Below are positions 32,008 to 42,592 of a stretch of 64,000 nt of DNA, piece after piece. Both the position numbers and the translations under genes were made by a program. The notes beneath the pieces were generated by a model. It was not told where the DNA came from. It saw nothing but the letters and a program-made list of their open reading frames with translations, and did not search any database. This DNA is from Dehalococcoidia bacterium (GTDB lineage: Bacteria > Chloroflexota > Dehalococcoidia > Lucifugimonadales > VXLM01), in assembly GCA_963662435.1 (NCBI GenBank), contig OY759598.1:3008507-3072506 (forward strand). Direction: 5' to 3'. The stretch's first letter is position 1, and every line of letters starts with the position of its first letter.

Positions 32008-33214
32008 GTACCGCTTCAATCTGAATGTGATGGATAGATATGTTGAAGTTTAGTCCGAGCGTCCTGAGTGGAGAAGCGCCAGTCTATGATGGCGACAGCC
32101 TCATTGCGTTCACGTTCCAGCGCCGAGACCTCTCGTTTCAGTACCGCCTCGTCACTGATTCGACGGTTGAGACATTGATTACTGAAGACGCTCAACTCTA
32201 TCTCCGCCATGTTCAGCCAACTGCCGTGTACCGGAGTGTAATGGAACTCCAGGCGCTTGGCGATGCGCCACGCTTCGGCTGGCTCGAAGGCATCGTACAA
32301 CGAACCCAGCTTGTGAGTGTTGAGATTGTCCAGCACCAGCCGTATCGTCTCTGTGTGAGGGTATGCCTCATCAACCAGCCACCTCATCTGCTGTGCGAAG
32401 TCCACAGCAGTGCGTTGCTCGGTCACCTCGACATGCCTCCAACCGGCTTTCGGCTCACAGAACATGAACAGGTTTCGCGTCCCGTTTCGCTTGTACTCGT
32501 AGTCATATCGTTCCACCCGACCCGGCTTGGCCCTGATAGCGGGCCTCTTATCAGCCACCAGTTGCTTGGATGTCTCGTCGAAGCAGACCACGGGATGGTC
32601 GGGGTCGTAGTCTTGATGGTACAGGTCCAACACATCCTCCATCCGAGCCACGAACTCTCCGCTCACCTCGGGGATGCACCACTCCTTCTTCTTCCACGGT
32701 TTGAGTTCGTTTTTTTGAGTATCTGGCGCACCGTCTCGAGGGAGATGCTCTCGGCAAACCCCATCGCCACCGCCTTGTCCGCAATGAGCTGCAGCGTCCA
32801 GTCCGCGTGTCCTTCGGGTGCATCGCTGCACGCGACGGCTATAAGGTGCGCTTCCTGTCTGCCGTCCAACTTGCGCTTCTGTCCCGGTCGCGTGCGTTCA
32901 TTGAGCGCGCTGTCGAGTCCCTCCTCCACAAACCGCGTGCGCACACGTCCCACCGTGGATGCGCTTATCAATAGTCCGCTGGCGATGTCACGGTCGATCA
33001 GACCTTCGTCTGCCTTAAGCAACACCAGCGCTCGCTTGACCTTACGGGCCGAAGTCTCCCCACGACTCGCTATCTCTTTGAGACGTGTCCGTTCCGATTT
33101 ATTCAACTCCACCTTGTACTGGAGAGCAGGCATGTCTTCGTATGTCCTCCTTATGGGATCATACATAAGACTAACCTATTTCTTATATTTGTCAAATATA
33201 CCTAGAAACGGTAC
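32008..33214 (-). mobile_element. IS630-family insertion sequence
   Basis: Ends GTACCGCTTC and GAAACGGTAC. Inserted in CTAG with TA duplicated at 32006-32007 and 33215-33216. Confidence 0.92.
32016..33133 (-). CDS. IS630 transposase in two ORFs (HTH ORF 32663-33133 and DDE ORF) joined by a probable -1 frameshift at an A7 tract (32710-32716)
   Basis: DDE motifs VCFDET, DNLNTH and SWLNMAEIE. CTC AAA AAA ACG shifts into KNELKPW. Confidence 0.88.
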
Positions 33215-36200
33215 TAGATTCAAACCAGTTGACTGGAGAGATACCGGTCGAGTTGAGTAACCTCACCAACCTAACGTGGCTCGATTTATCCTGGAACGAG
33301 TTGACCGGAACGATACCGTCGGAACTGGGCAGTCTTACCAACTTGCAAGCGTTACACATCTCGAAGAATCATCTTATTGGGGATGTCCCGTCCGAGTTGG
33401 CCGGACTGACTAACCTGCGAAGGCTAGAACTAGATAGAAACCAGTTGACTGGAGTGATGCCCGTTTGGCTGAGCAGTCTCGCTAACTTGGAATCGCTGCA
33501 CCTCTATGGGAACCAGCTAAGTGGGGAGATCCCGTTGGGGTTGGGCAGCCTCACCAACCTGGGAGCTTTGGAACTTGGCGGCAACCGGTTGACTGGGACG
33601 ATACCTTCGAAATTGGGCAATCTCGCGAATCTGAGCTCGCTGAACCTCTCAGACAACCAACTAACGGGCGGAATCCCGTCGGAACTGAGCGGCCTAGCTA
33701 GCCTGCGAGTGTTGTCCCTCTCGGACAACCAACTAACGGGCGCAATCCCGTCGGAACTGGGGAACCTGTCCAACTTGACCTCGCTAGGCCTCCACTCCAA
33801 CAACTTGACAGGTACCATACCTGTGCAGCTAAGTAATCTGACCGGCCTTTTGTACTTGCGATTTTCTCAGAATCAGCTAACGGGGCCATTACCGAATTGG
33901 CTAGTGAACCTCACCAAACTTCGCCAGCTCGAATTGGATAATAATCAACTAACGGGAGAGATACCGGCAGGACTGGTCAAACTGGTTTATCTACAGACAC
34001 TTGACCTTAGCCACAACCAGTTGACCGGGTCCATTCCCGCTGGACTCGGCGATTTGGCCGACTTGTATGTGTTGCGCCTCAGCCATAACCAGTTGACCGG
34101 ATCTATTCCCATTGAGCTTGGCCGCCTTGAACTTCTACAGCACCTGAACCTGAGCTACAACAAACTGACCGGATCTATTCCCGTTGAGTTGAGTGCTCTC
34201 GATCAGCTGGAGCGTCTGTTTCTTGACGGGAACCAACTTGTGGGGTGCATTCCGGATGGCCTCCGGAACGTCCAGGATGCAGATCCCACCAACGACCCGG
34301 ACAACGACATTGCAGACCTGGCCCTGCCTGACTGCCAAGGCAGCGATGAGGACGCACTGCGTATGCTCTTTGAAGTGACGGACGGACACAATTGGAAGCG
34401 CAGCACAAACTGGATGAGCGACAAGCCAATTGGAGACTGGTACGGAGTTGCCGTCACCGCCAACGGTCGTGTCAAGGGGTTGGACCTTGCTTCTAACGGT
34501 TTGAAGGGTACGATTCCCCCGGAAATAGGAACACTCTGGTATCTGCAGGAGCTGAACCTCTCGAAGAACCAGTTGACGGGGACGCTGCCGGCCGAGATGG
34601 GCGACTTGGAGAACCTCCTCGAACTGTCGCTCTCCGACAACGATCTGACCGGGTGCGTCCCTGATGGGCTGCGAGACGTAGAGACGAACGACCTCGAAGG
34701 CCTCGGACTGCCGTTCTGCGACCGTTCGGCCCTGGCTGCGTTCTACCGTGCGACTGGCGGCCCGAATTGGCTGGACAACACCAACTGGCTGAGCGACAGA
34801 CCACTAGGGGATTGGTATGGGGTCACAGTCGGCAGAGACGGCCGTGTTAGAACGGTAGGTCTTCCCGACAACCAGTTGGCCGGAACGATACCTTTCGAGC
34901 TCAGTAAACTGGCTGAATTACGAGAGCTGATCCTTTCAGATAACGAGCTGACCGGAGAGGTACCGGCATGGCTTGGTAGCCTCATCACACTAGAGAAGTT
35001 CATCCTGAGTCAAAACAATCTCACAGGGGAGCTACCGGCGGAGCTTGGCAATCTCTCAAATTTGCTGGTTTTGGACCTCCGCGCAAATGAACTCACTGGA
35101 GAGATACCGGCTGAGTTGGGCAGCCTCGCTAGGCTGGAAGACTTAGGACTTCAATTCAACGAGTTGACCGGCAAGATCCCGGACACGTTTGGCGAACTGG
35201 AGAACCTACGACAGCTATTCTTGAACGAGAATATGCTGAGCGGGGAGATACCTTCGCAGTTGGGCAGACTGTCCAACCTGAAGATGCTATGGCTCGCTCA
35301 GAACGGTTTGACGGGTGGAATCCCCCCTGAACTGGGCAGCCTCGTCTACTTGGAAGGGCTTTACCTCCAACACAACGAGCTCACAGGCGGAATCCCCCCT
35401 GAACTGGGCAGCCTCTCCGGCTTGAAATATTTGGACCTCGCCGACAACCGGTTGACGGTCACAATTCCCGCTGAGCTTGGCAGCCTGTCGAACCTGCAAG
35501 CCTTGTCCCTCTTCAGCAACGGTTTGACTGGCGGAATCCCCCCTGAACTGGGCAGCCTCGCCAACCTGCAATCGCTGACACTCGCCGACAACCGGTTGAC
35601 GGGTGGAATCCCCGCTGAACTGGGTAGCCTCGCCGACTTGAAACTTTTGGACCTCGCCGGAAATGGGTTGACGGACGCAATTCCCGCTGAACTGGGCAGC
35701 CTCGCAAAATTGGAAGAGCTTTACCTCCACAGCAACGAGCTGACAGGCGGAATCCCCGCTGAACTGGGCAGGCTCGCCGACTTGAAACTCTTGGCCCTCG
35801 TCGAGAATGGGTTGACGGGCACAATTCCCGCACAGCTTGGCAGTCTATACAACCTGGAAGAGCTGTGGCTCCACAGCAATGGGTTGACCGGTGGAATCCC
35901 CGCTGAACTGGGCAGCCTCGCCGACTTGAAACTCTTGTCCCTCGGCGACAACCGGTTGACGGGCACAATTCCCGCTGAGCTTGGCAACCTGTCGAACCTG
36001 CAAGCCTTGTCCCTCTTCGGCAACGAATTAACACACGCGATTCCAGCCGAGTTGGGTAGCCTCACCGCCTTGGAGCATTTGGCCCTCGCCGGCAACGAGT
36101 GACAGGCGCAATTCCCACTGAGCTTGGCAGTCTATACAATTTGCAACAGTTGTACCTCTACGGCAACGGGCTAACGGGCACTATTCCCGCTGAGTTGGGT

Positions 36201-36590
36201 AACCTCGCCAATCTGAAAGAGCTATCGCTCGACCAGAACGGTTTGACAGGCGGAATCCCCCCTGAACTGGGCAGCCTGGTCAACTTGGAAGAGCTTTACC
36301 TCTTCAACAACAACCTGACAGGCGCAATTCCCGCTGAGTTGGGTAACCTCGCCAATCTGAGAGAGCTATCGCTCGGTCGGAATGGTTTGACAGGTGGAAT
36401 CCCCCCTGAACTGGGCAGCCTTGCTAACCTGCGATTGCTGGCACTCTCTAATAATGGGTTGACGGGCACTATTCCCGCACAGCTTGGTAGTCTATACAAC
36501 CTGGAAGAGCTGTACCTCCACTTCAACCAGTTGACGGGGGAGATCCCGGTTGAGCTGGGTGGCTTGTCCAATCTCAGGTTGCTGGAACTA

Positions 36591-36777
36591 CACATCAACC
36601 AGTTGACGGGCGAGATTCCAGCCGAGTTGGGCAGCCTATCGAACCTGCAAACGTTGGCCCTCCACATCAACCAGTTGACGGGCGAGATTCCAGCCGAGTT
36701 GGGCAGCCTATCGAACCTGCAAACGTTGGCCCTCCACATCAACCAGTTGACGGGCGAGATTCCAGCCGAGTTGGGCA
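36591..36777 (+). repeat. Perfect 72-bp tandem repeat (2.6 copies) equal to one LRR unit
   Basis: CACATCAACCAGTTGACGGGCGAG... starts at 36591, 36663 and 36735. Confidence 0.92.
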
Positions 36778-37798
36778 ACCTGTCGAACCTGCAAGCCTTA
36801 GCCCTCTTCGTCAACCACCTGACAGGCGAAATTCCCCCCGAGCTTGGCGGACTCTCCGGCCTGACCTACCTGAACCTTCGCAATAACGGCCTGACCGGCC
36901 CGGTTCCGACTGAACTGGGCGACCTCGCCAACCTGCGATATCTGGGCCTCAACAACAACGAGTTGAGCGGCCCAATCCCCGACCTCAGAAACCTGACCAA
37001 CCTGGAGCAGCTGTACTTGTCGAACAACGATTTGAGTGGCGCTTTGCCCGACTGGCTGGGTTCGCTGACCAATATCACGAAGTTCTGGGCCTGGGGCAAT
37101 GAGCTGAGCGGCCCGATCCCCGACCTCAGCGGCATGAGTGGATTGATTCAGATCAAGCTGCAGAGCAACAAACTAAATGGCAGCATCCCGACGTCGTTCG
37201 GCAACATGACCAACCTCGTCTACCTCTATCTCCATGACAACGAGTTGACCGGCGAGATCCCGTCCGAGTTGGGCGACATGGACAACCTGCGTTACCTGTG
37301 GTTGCACTCCAACGAGTTGGAAGGTGGGATACCGCCCGAGTTGGCCAAACTCGCCAACCTCTTGGACCTGAACCTACACGACAACAACCTGACCGGTGTC
37401 ATACCGTCCGAGTTGGGCGTGATGACCAGCCTGACGCACCTCCGGCTCCATCGCAACATGCTGAGCGGCGCTATCCCTGACACGCTGGGGGACCTGGAAA
37501 GCCTGCGGTTCATGTGGCTGCACGGGAATGAGCTGGAAGGCCCGGTCCCTGCGGAGTTGGGAAGCCTGGAGAAGTTGGAGAGGTTGTGGCTGAGTGAAAA
37601 CAACCTGTCGGGGCAGATACCCGCGGAACTGGATGAACTGAGCAGCCTTACCGCATGGCGACTGAGTGATAACGAGTTCACCGGCTGCGTACCGCCGGGA
37701 CTCGCCGCCATCGAAGACACCGATCTCGCAAGCCTCGGACTCGATGTCTGCGACGACTCCTAGTAAGAGATGGATTGGGAGTCCCAATATACTCGCAT

Positions 37799-37827
37799 TT
37801 GACGAAAGCGAACACCCGTACTACACT
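37799..37827 (+). promoter_or_regulatory. Sigma70-like promoter with a LexA-like box in the spacer
   Basis: TTGACG-17 bp-TACACT. GAAC-ACCC-GTAC at 37810-37821 is one mismatch from GAAC-N4-GTTC. Confidence 0.5.
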
Positions 37828-38325
37828 AGATCACGTTGACATTCTGTCATTCTGAACGTAGCGGAGCGGAGTGAAGAATCTAAAATCGTCCCGCAGGCAC
37901 AGATTTCAGATTCCGAGCGAAGCGAGGAAAGACCAAGAAAAGTGGAATAGGCGGAAATGTCGACACTCCACTAATCACAAGCGACAGAAAGCCCGTTCAA
38001 AAAGATCCCGCTCTGGAGCCCTCCCATACAATGAAAAGTCACAAAATGTCCCGGAATGTCCCACAGGATCGGACTTTCTCAACAACAGTTCCTCTGCCGA
38101 CCATCCCGCGTAGCCCGCAAGGAACTTTACAATAACAAGGAAAATGCGACAGAATGCAACAAGATGCAACAAATTCCTATAATTCCCCGCCGTTATCGTA
38201 AAGTTCTCGACCTCCCACTCATAAGAGCTGCCTGACACCCCCCCGGCTCCGCCCTTCCTGTACTATAGTGTCTCGAACGAGTCCGCCATGCGGATTGCTC
38301 AGACCAAGCAAGACAGGAGCGCGAG

Positions 38326-39762
38326 ATGGGAAGGCTGACGGGACGGATCATCGACAAGGCGACCGGCGAACCGGTTGAGGCGCGCGTACAGGTCACCGGC
38401 CCCAACGGGAACTTCGCGCATCCAAACGATGCCCTGCTCAAGGTGGGTACCGGCGCCCCCTTCTTCTACTCCGACGGCACCTTCGACCTCGATGTCGGTC
38501 GCGGCAAGGCGAAGATAGTCGCCGAGCGCGGCACCGAGTACGTCCCCGCCGAGGTCACCGTCGACTCCCCCCTCCAGGGAGCCGTTGCCGTAGACCTGGA
38601 ACTGGAGAGGTGGAATGCCCTCGGCGAGCAGGGATGGCACCCCGGCAACACCCACATCCACTACGACGAGAAGGAACAGCGCCCCGACGACCGCCTATCC
38701 CTCGACCCCCGCGTCGAGGACCTGCGGATGACCGCCATCAGCATCCTCAAGCGCTGGGAGCTTGAGTACGCTTCCAACAAGTACGCACCCGGCTTCCTCA
38801 ACGAGTTCTCTTCGACCCACTACTACGTCCAGTGCGGCGAGGAAAACCGCCACAACTCTCTCGCCTCCCATAGCATCGGCTACGGCCACATCATGCTCCT
38901 GAACATCCGCAACGTCGTCCACCCCGTCAGTCGCGGGCTCCTCGTGGACGCCTTCGACCCCGACTATCCGCCCCTCTCCTACGCCTGCGACGATACTCAC
39001 AGGCAGGGTGGCATCGTCATCTGGTGCCACAATGGGCAGGGAATGGAGGCCCCCGTCGCCGCCGCCCTCGGCAAGCTCGACGCCTTCAACCTCTTTGATC
39101 CCCAGTGGATGGACCCCGAGTACGATATCTACTACCGGATGCTCAACGCGGGCTTCAAGCTGCCAGCCTCGACCGGCTCCGACTGGTTCGTCAGCTCGGC
39201 AAACCGGGTCTACGCCGACACGGGCGGCGCCTTCGAGTACGCCGACTGGCTCACTGCCCTCAAGCAAGGCAGGACCTTCATCACCAACGGTCCCGCCCTC
39301 CGCCTCACCGTGGCCGACCAGGAGCCCGGCGCCGAGATATATACCGCCGCGGGAAGCGTTCTGCCTTCAAGCGCCTCCTGGCAGTCGCACTACCCCATAC
39401 ACCGCGCCGAGATCATCTTCAACGGCGGGGTCGTCGCGTCGGAGTCCTTTCCCACCGGCTCCAGGAACGGGACTCTGACAGCAGACATATCCGCCCCCAA
39501 CGACGGCTGGATAGCCGCGCGCCTCTTCAGCAGCGCCCGCGACAGCTTCGCCCAGCCCATCTGGGCCCACACCAGCCCCGTCTACGTCAAGACCGGCGCA
39601 GCCTCGCCCGAACGCGCCGAGGCCGCCCGCTGGTTTGATGACCACATAGAAAAGTCGCTGGAATGGGTCGCCAAGAAGGGCAAGTTCTACACCGACAGCC
39701 AGCGCAAGGAGGTCCTCGACCTCTTCAAGCAGGGCCAGGCCGTCTACAAAGCGATGTTGTAG
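38326..39762 (+). CDS. CehA/McbA-like (PHP-type) metallohydrolase with an N-terminal carboxypeptidase-regulatory-like domain
   Basis: GWHPGNTHIH, WCHN, ASTGSDW, GRTFITNGP and AHTSPVYV motifs. Confidence 0.75.
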   Translation: MGRLTGRIIDKATGEPVEARVQVTGPNGNFAHPNDALLKVGTGAPFFYSDGTFDLDVGRGKAKIVAERGTEYVPAEVTVDSPLQGAVAVDLELERWNALGEQGWHPGNTHIHYDEKEQRPDDRLSLDPRVEDLRMTAISILKRWELEYASNKYAPGFLNEFSSTHYYVQCGEENRHNSLASHSIGYGHIMLLNIRNVVHPVSRGLLVDAFDPDYPPLSYACDDTHRQGGIVIWCHNGQGMEAPVAAALGKLDAFNLFDPQWMDPEYDIYYRMLNAGFKLPASTGSDWFVSSANRVYADTGGAFEYADWLTALKQGRTFITNGPALRLTVADQEPGAEIYTAAGSVLPSSASWQSHYPIHRAEIIFNGGVVASESFPTGSRNGTLTADISAPNDGWIAARLFSSARDSFAQPIWAHTSPVYVKTGAASPERAEAARWFDDHIEKSLEWVAKKGKFYTDSQRKEVLDLFKQGQAVYKAML

Positions 39763-39769
39763 AACCCGG

Positions 39770-40177
39770 TCAACTCGCCAGGAACTCCGCAGGGGACACC
39801 GTCAGCTCGGGGAAGGCAAGCCGGAATCGCTGGTCGTACGTGACCACGCGCGTACCCTCCCGCTCAGCCAGCGCCGCGAAGATAGCGTCATAGGGTGGAT
39901 GGTCGGCCCTGACAGATAGCTGAAGGGCGCGTTCCCACAGCTCCTTTGTTTGTACCTCATCCGTAACAAACGCCGCGCCGCGCTCCAAGGCATCCACACC
40001 TTGGGCGAGGCTGTGATGTCCGGCACGAACCCACTGCCACACAGAGCTCACCAACTCAGCCCATATGGAATCGGGAACGATGATTCTGTCAGCTGCCTCG
40101 ATAGTGTCGCCGGCTTCTTGGTGTAGACCTTCTACGCGAAGCAGGGCATACACAAACACGTTGGTGTCGACGACCAT
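39770..40177 (-). CDS. vapC: VapC/PIN-domain toxin
   Basis: VVDTN, AEL, YDA and TYD acidic PIN motifs. Confidence 0.9.
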   Translation of the reverse strand: MVVDTNVFVYALLRVEGLHQEAGDTIEAADRIIVPDSIWAELVSSVWQWVRAGHHSLAQGVDALERGAAFVTDEVQTKELWERALQLSVRADHPPYDAIFAALAEREGTRVVTYDQRFRLAFPELTVSPAEFLAS

Positions 40178-40410
40178 CAGATCGGTCGATTCCTAGTGTC
40201 TTCAAGCCACTTGTCAGCCTGTTCCCGCGGAGTAGGCGGCATAGTCTTCCAACTCTCCCGCATACTCGTAATCGCAGCCTCTCTGGATGGGTATCGCGTC
40301 TTCAAGAGCTCCCTTAACTCCTGCTCCATCGAATGACCCTTATTGGCGGCAACCTTCTTCAGGCGAGTGACCACATCGTCGGGGACGTTTCTTATCGTAA
40401 GCGTAGCCAT
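40177..40410 (-). CDS. FitA-like ribbon-helix-helix antitoxin
   Basis: MATLTIRNVPDDV...HSMEQELRELL; its stop overlaps the vapC start. Confidence 0.88.
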   Translation of the reverse strand: MATLTIRNVPDDVVTRLKKVAANKGHSMEQELRELLKTRYPSREAAITSMRESWKTMPPTPREQADKWLEDTRNRPI

Positions 40411-40440
40411 GGGGATCAACTCCGTCCGTGCTGTACGCGT

Positions 40441-40461
40441 ATGCTAGCACTCTGCTAGCAT
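40441..40461. promoter_or_regulatory. Probable antitoxin operator overlapping the TA promoter
   Basis: Inverted repeat ATGCTAGCA-CTC-TGCTAGCAT containing an extended -10 (TGcTAGCAT) on the minus strand. Confidence 0.65.
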
Positions 40462-40469
40462 TGGCCGCA

Positions 40470-41336
40470 ATGACGCTCCGGTATCGGCAATATGCTGCTG
40501 TATTGTTGCGACGCGCGGTACTCGTCCTGATTGCCGTCGTTGTCGTGGGAGCGGTGCTGAGGTGTACGCACGTGGTCGATCGCTCATTCATCTACTTTCC
40601 CAGCAGGGACATCGAGGCAACTCCCGGTGACGTCGGTCTCGACTTCGACGACGTGAGGTTCAAGGCATCGGACGGGGTCGTCCTGCACGGCTGGTTCGTG
40701 ACAGGCGGAGGCGACGCAACGCTGGTCTGGTTCCACGGCAACGGGGGCAACATCAGCCACCGCGTCGGCAACATCCGCGAGCTCGTGGAACGACTTGGCG
40801 TGAACATTTTCATCTTCGACTATCGAGGCTACGGACGGAGCGAGGGGTCGCCCTACGAGGAGGGCACCTACCTCGACGCCGAGGCCGCCATCGCACACGT
40901 CCACTCCCGCGACGACGTGGTCCCGGAGAAGACCATCTACTTCGGACGCTCGCTCGGTTGCGCCGTCGCGGCCGAGATGGCGATCAAGCACTCGCCGCGC
41001 GCCCTCATCTGTGAGTCAGGATTCACGTCGGTCAGGGGAATGACGAAGAGCGTGTACCCGTTCCTGCCCGGCCTCCAACTCCTCGTAACCACCAAGTACG
41101 ATACGCTTGAGAAGATCGCCCGCGTGGACGTCCCGGTCATGGTCCTGCACGGCGACCGCGACGAGATCGTGCCGTTCTCGATGAGCAAGGAGCTGTTCGA
41201 CGCCGCCAGGGGGCCGAAACGTTTCTACACCATCGAGGGAGCCGGACACAACGACACGTACCACGTCGGAGGCCCTCCCTACTTCGAGGCGCTGGGGGAA
41301 TTTATCGATGAGGTCATTGGAGAGCGGCTCGAATAG
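40470..41336 (+). CDS. Alpha/beta hydrolase with an N-terminal membrane anchor (start uncertain)
   Basis: FHGNGGN, DYRGYG, GRSLG, HGDRDEIVP and GAGHND motifs. Confidence 0.88.
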   Translation: MTLRYRQYAAVLLRRAVLVLIAVVVVGAVLRCTHVVDRSFIYFPSRDIEATPGDVGLDFDDVRFKASDGVVLHGWFVTGGGDATLVWFHGNGGNISHRVGNIRELVERLGVNIFIFDYRGYGRSEGSPYEEGTYLDAEAAIAHVHSRDDVVPEKTIYFGRSLGCAVAAEMAIKHSPRALICESGFTSVRGMTKSVYPFLPGLQLLVTTKYDTLEKIARVDVPVMVLHGDRDEIVPFSMSKELFDAARGPKRFYTIEGAGHNDTYHVGGPPYFEALGEFIDEVIGERLE

Positions 41337-41367
41337 ACGCTCCCCATCGAGTATTTAGGAGGACACC

Positions 41368-42522
41368 TTGAAGATCACTGACATCAAGCCTTACCCAGTC
41401 TGGGCCGGCAGGCGGAACGTGATGCTGGTAAAGATCGAGACCGACGAGGGCATCTACGGATGGGGCGAGTCCGGGGTCTCGAGCCGTGAGCTTGCCGTCG
41501 TGGGTGCGGTCAAGCACTACCGGGAGTTCCTCATCGGCATGGACCCCATGAACGCCGGGGCTCTCTGGCAGCTCATGTACCGCAGCCAGTACTTCGAGGG
41601 TGGACGCGTCTTTACGGGGGCGATCTCCGCCATCGACATCGCCCTCCATGACATCAAGGGCAAGGCGCTGGGCGTCCCCGTCTACCAGTTACTGGGTGGC
41701 AAGCACCGCGACTTCGTGCCCGGCTTCGCGACGACGAACCAGGCGGACAGGCACGCCTCCCTTGCCGAGGCGCAGGCCTTCGTCGATGACGGCTGGCAGT
41801 GCGTCCGGCTGAACTGGGAGTGGCTCACGAACAGCGACGAGCGCGTCTTTGAGCCCCGAGAGTCGATTGCGGAGACGGCGGAGTGGCTGATCGAGGCGAG
41901 AGACGCCATCGACGACCGCATCGTCCTCGGCATCGACTACCACCACCGGCTCAGCGTGGCGGAGGCCGCATCGTTCTGCCAGAAGATGCCGTCCGGCACA
42001 CTGGACTTCCTGGAGGAACCGATCCGCGACGAGACTCCCGCAGCCTACCGGTCGCTCCGGACCATGACCGATGTGCCGTTCGCCATCGGAGAGGAGATGT
42101 CGTCCAAGTGGCAGTTCCTGCCGTACGTCGAGGAGGGGCTGACCCAGTACGCGCGGATCGATATCTGCAACATCGGCGGGTTCACCGAGTCAATGAAGGT
42201 CGCCGGCTGGTGCGAGGCACACTACATCGACCTCATGCCGCACAACCCCCTGGGGCCAGTTTGCACCGCGGCTTCGGTGCACCTCGGCGCGGCGGTACCC
42301 AACTTCTCATGGCTGGAGTCCCGGGTGACCCCGGACGGCGCAGACCTGTTTAGCGACGAGATGTTTCCCGTCAGGCCGCATACTGAGCATGGACGGTACC
42401 CCGTTCCCACCACTCCCGGTCTCGGAGTCGAGGTGAACGAGGAAGCCCTCAAGGCCTATGAGTTCCGCTTCTGGGAGGCGCCGCACCTCCGTCGGAAGGA
42501 CGGCTCGTTAACGAACTGGTAA
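41368..42522 (+). CDS. Mandelate racemase/muconate lactonizing enzyme family (second paralog)
   Basis: SAIDIALHDIKGK, DYH, LEEP, IGEE, MPHN and PGLG motifs. Confidence 0.9.
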   Translation: MKITDIKPYPVWAGRRNVMLVKIETDEGIYGWGESGVSSRELAVVGAVKHYREFLIGMDPMNAGALWQLMYRSQYFEGGRVFTGAISAIDIALHDIKGKALGVPVYQLLGGKHRDFVPGFATTNQADRHASLAEAQAFVDDGWQCVRLNWEWLTNSDERVFEPRESIAETAEWLIEARDAIDDRIVLGIDYHHRLSVAEAASFCQKMPSGTLDFLEEPIRDETPAAYRSLRTMTDVPFAIGEEMSSKWQFLPYVEEGLTQYARIDICNIGGFTESMKVAGWCEAHYIDLMPHNPLGPVCTAASVHLGAAVPNFSWLESRVTPDGADLFSDEMFPVRPHTEHGRYPVPTTPGLGVEVNEEALKAYEFRFWEAPHLRRKDGSLTNW

Positions 42523-42592
42523 GGAATGTCCCGGCTTCCTGCCGCCGTGAACCGTGTACAATGCCCCCGACGCCTCAGCCCCTGGGAGATCC

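Larger units (their letters stand above)
30388..37763 (+). pseudogene. Giant secreted plant-type leucine-rich-repeat protein (~2,055 codons reconstructed), interrupted by IS630 and a 1-bp frameshift at ~36100
   Basis: Signal peptide and 24-aa LxxLxLxxNxLTGxIPxELGxL repeats in Cys-capped modules. Removing the IS restores in-frame LELDSNQLTGE. At 36097-36104, GAG TG ACA lacks one base. Confidence 0.88.

Noticed and set aside
35300..37763. Diversity-generating retroelement acting on the LRR gene
   Set aside because: No reverse transcriptase or template/variable repeat pair with adenine-specific differences seen in the window.
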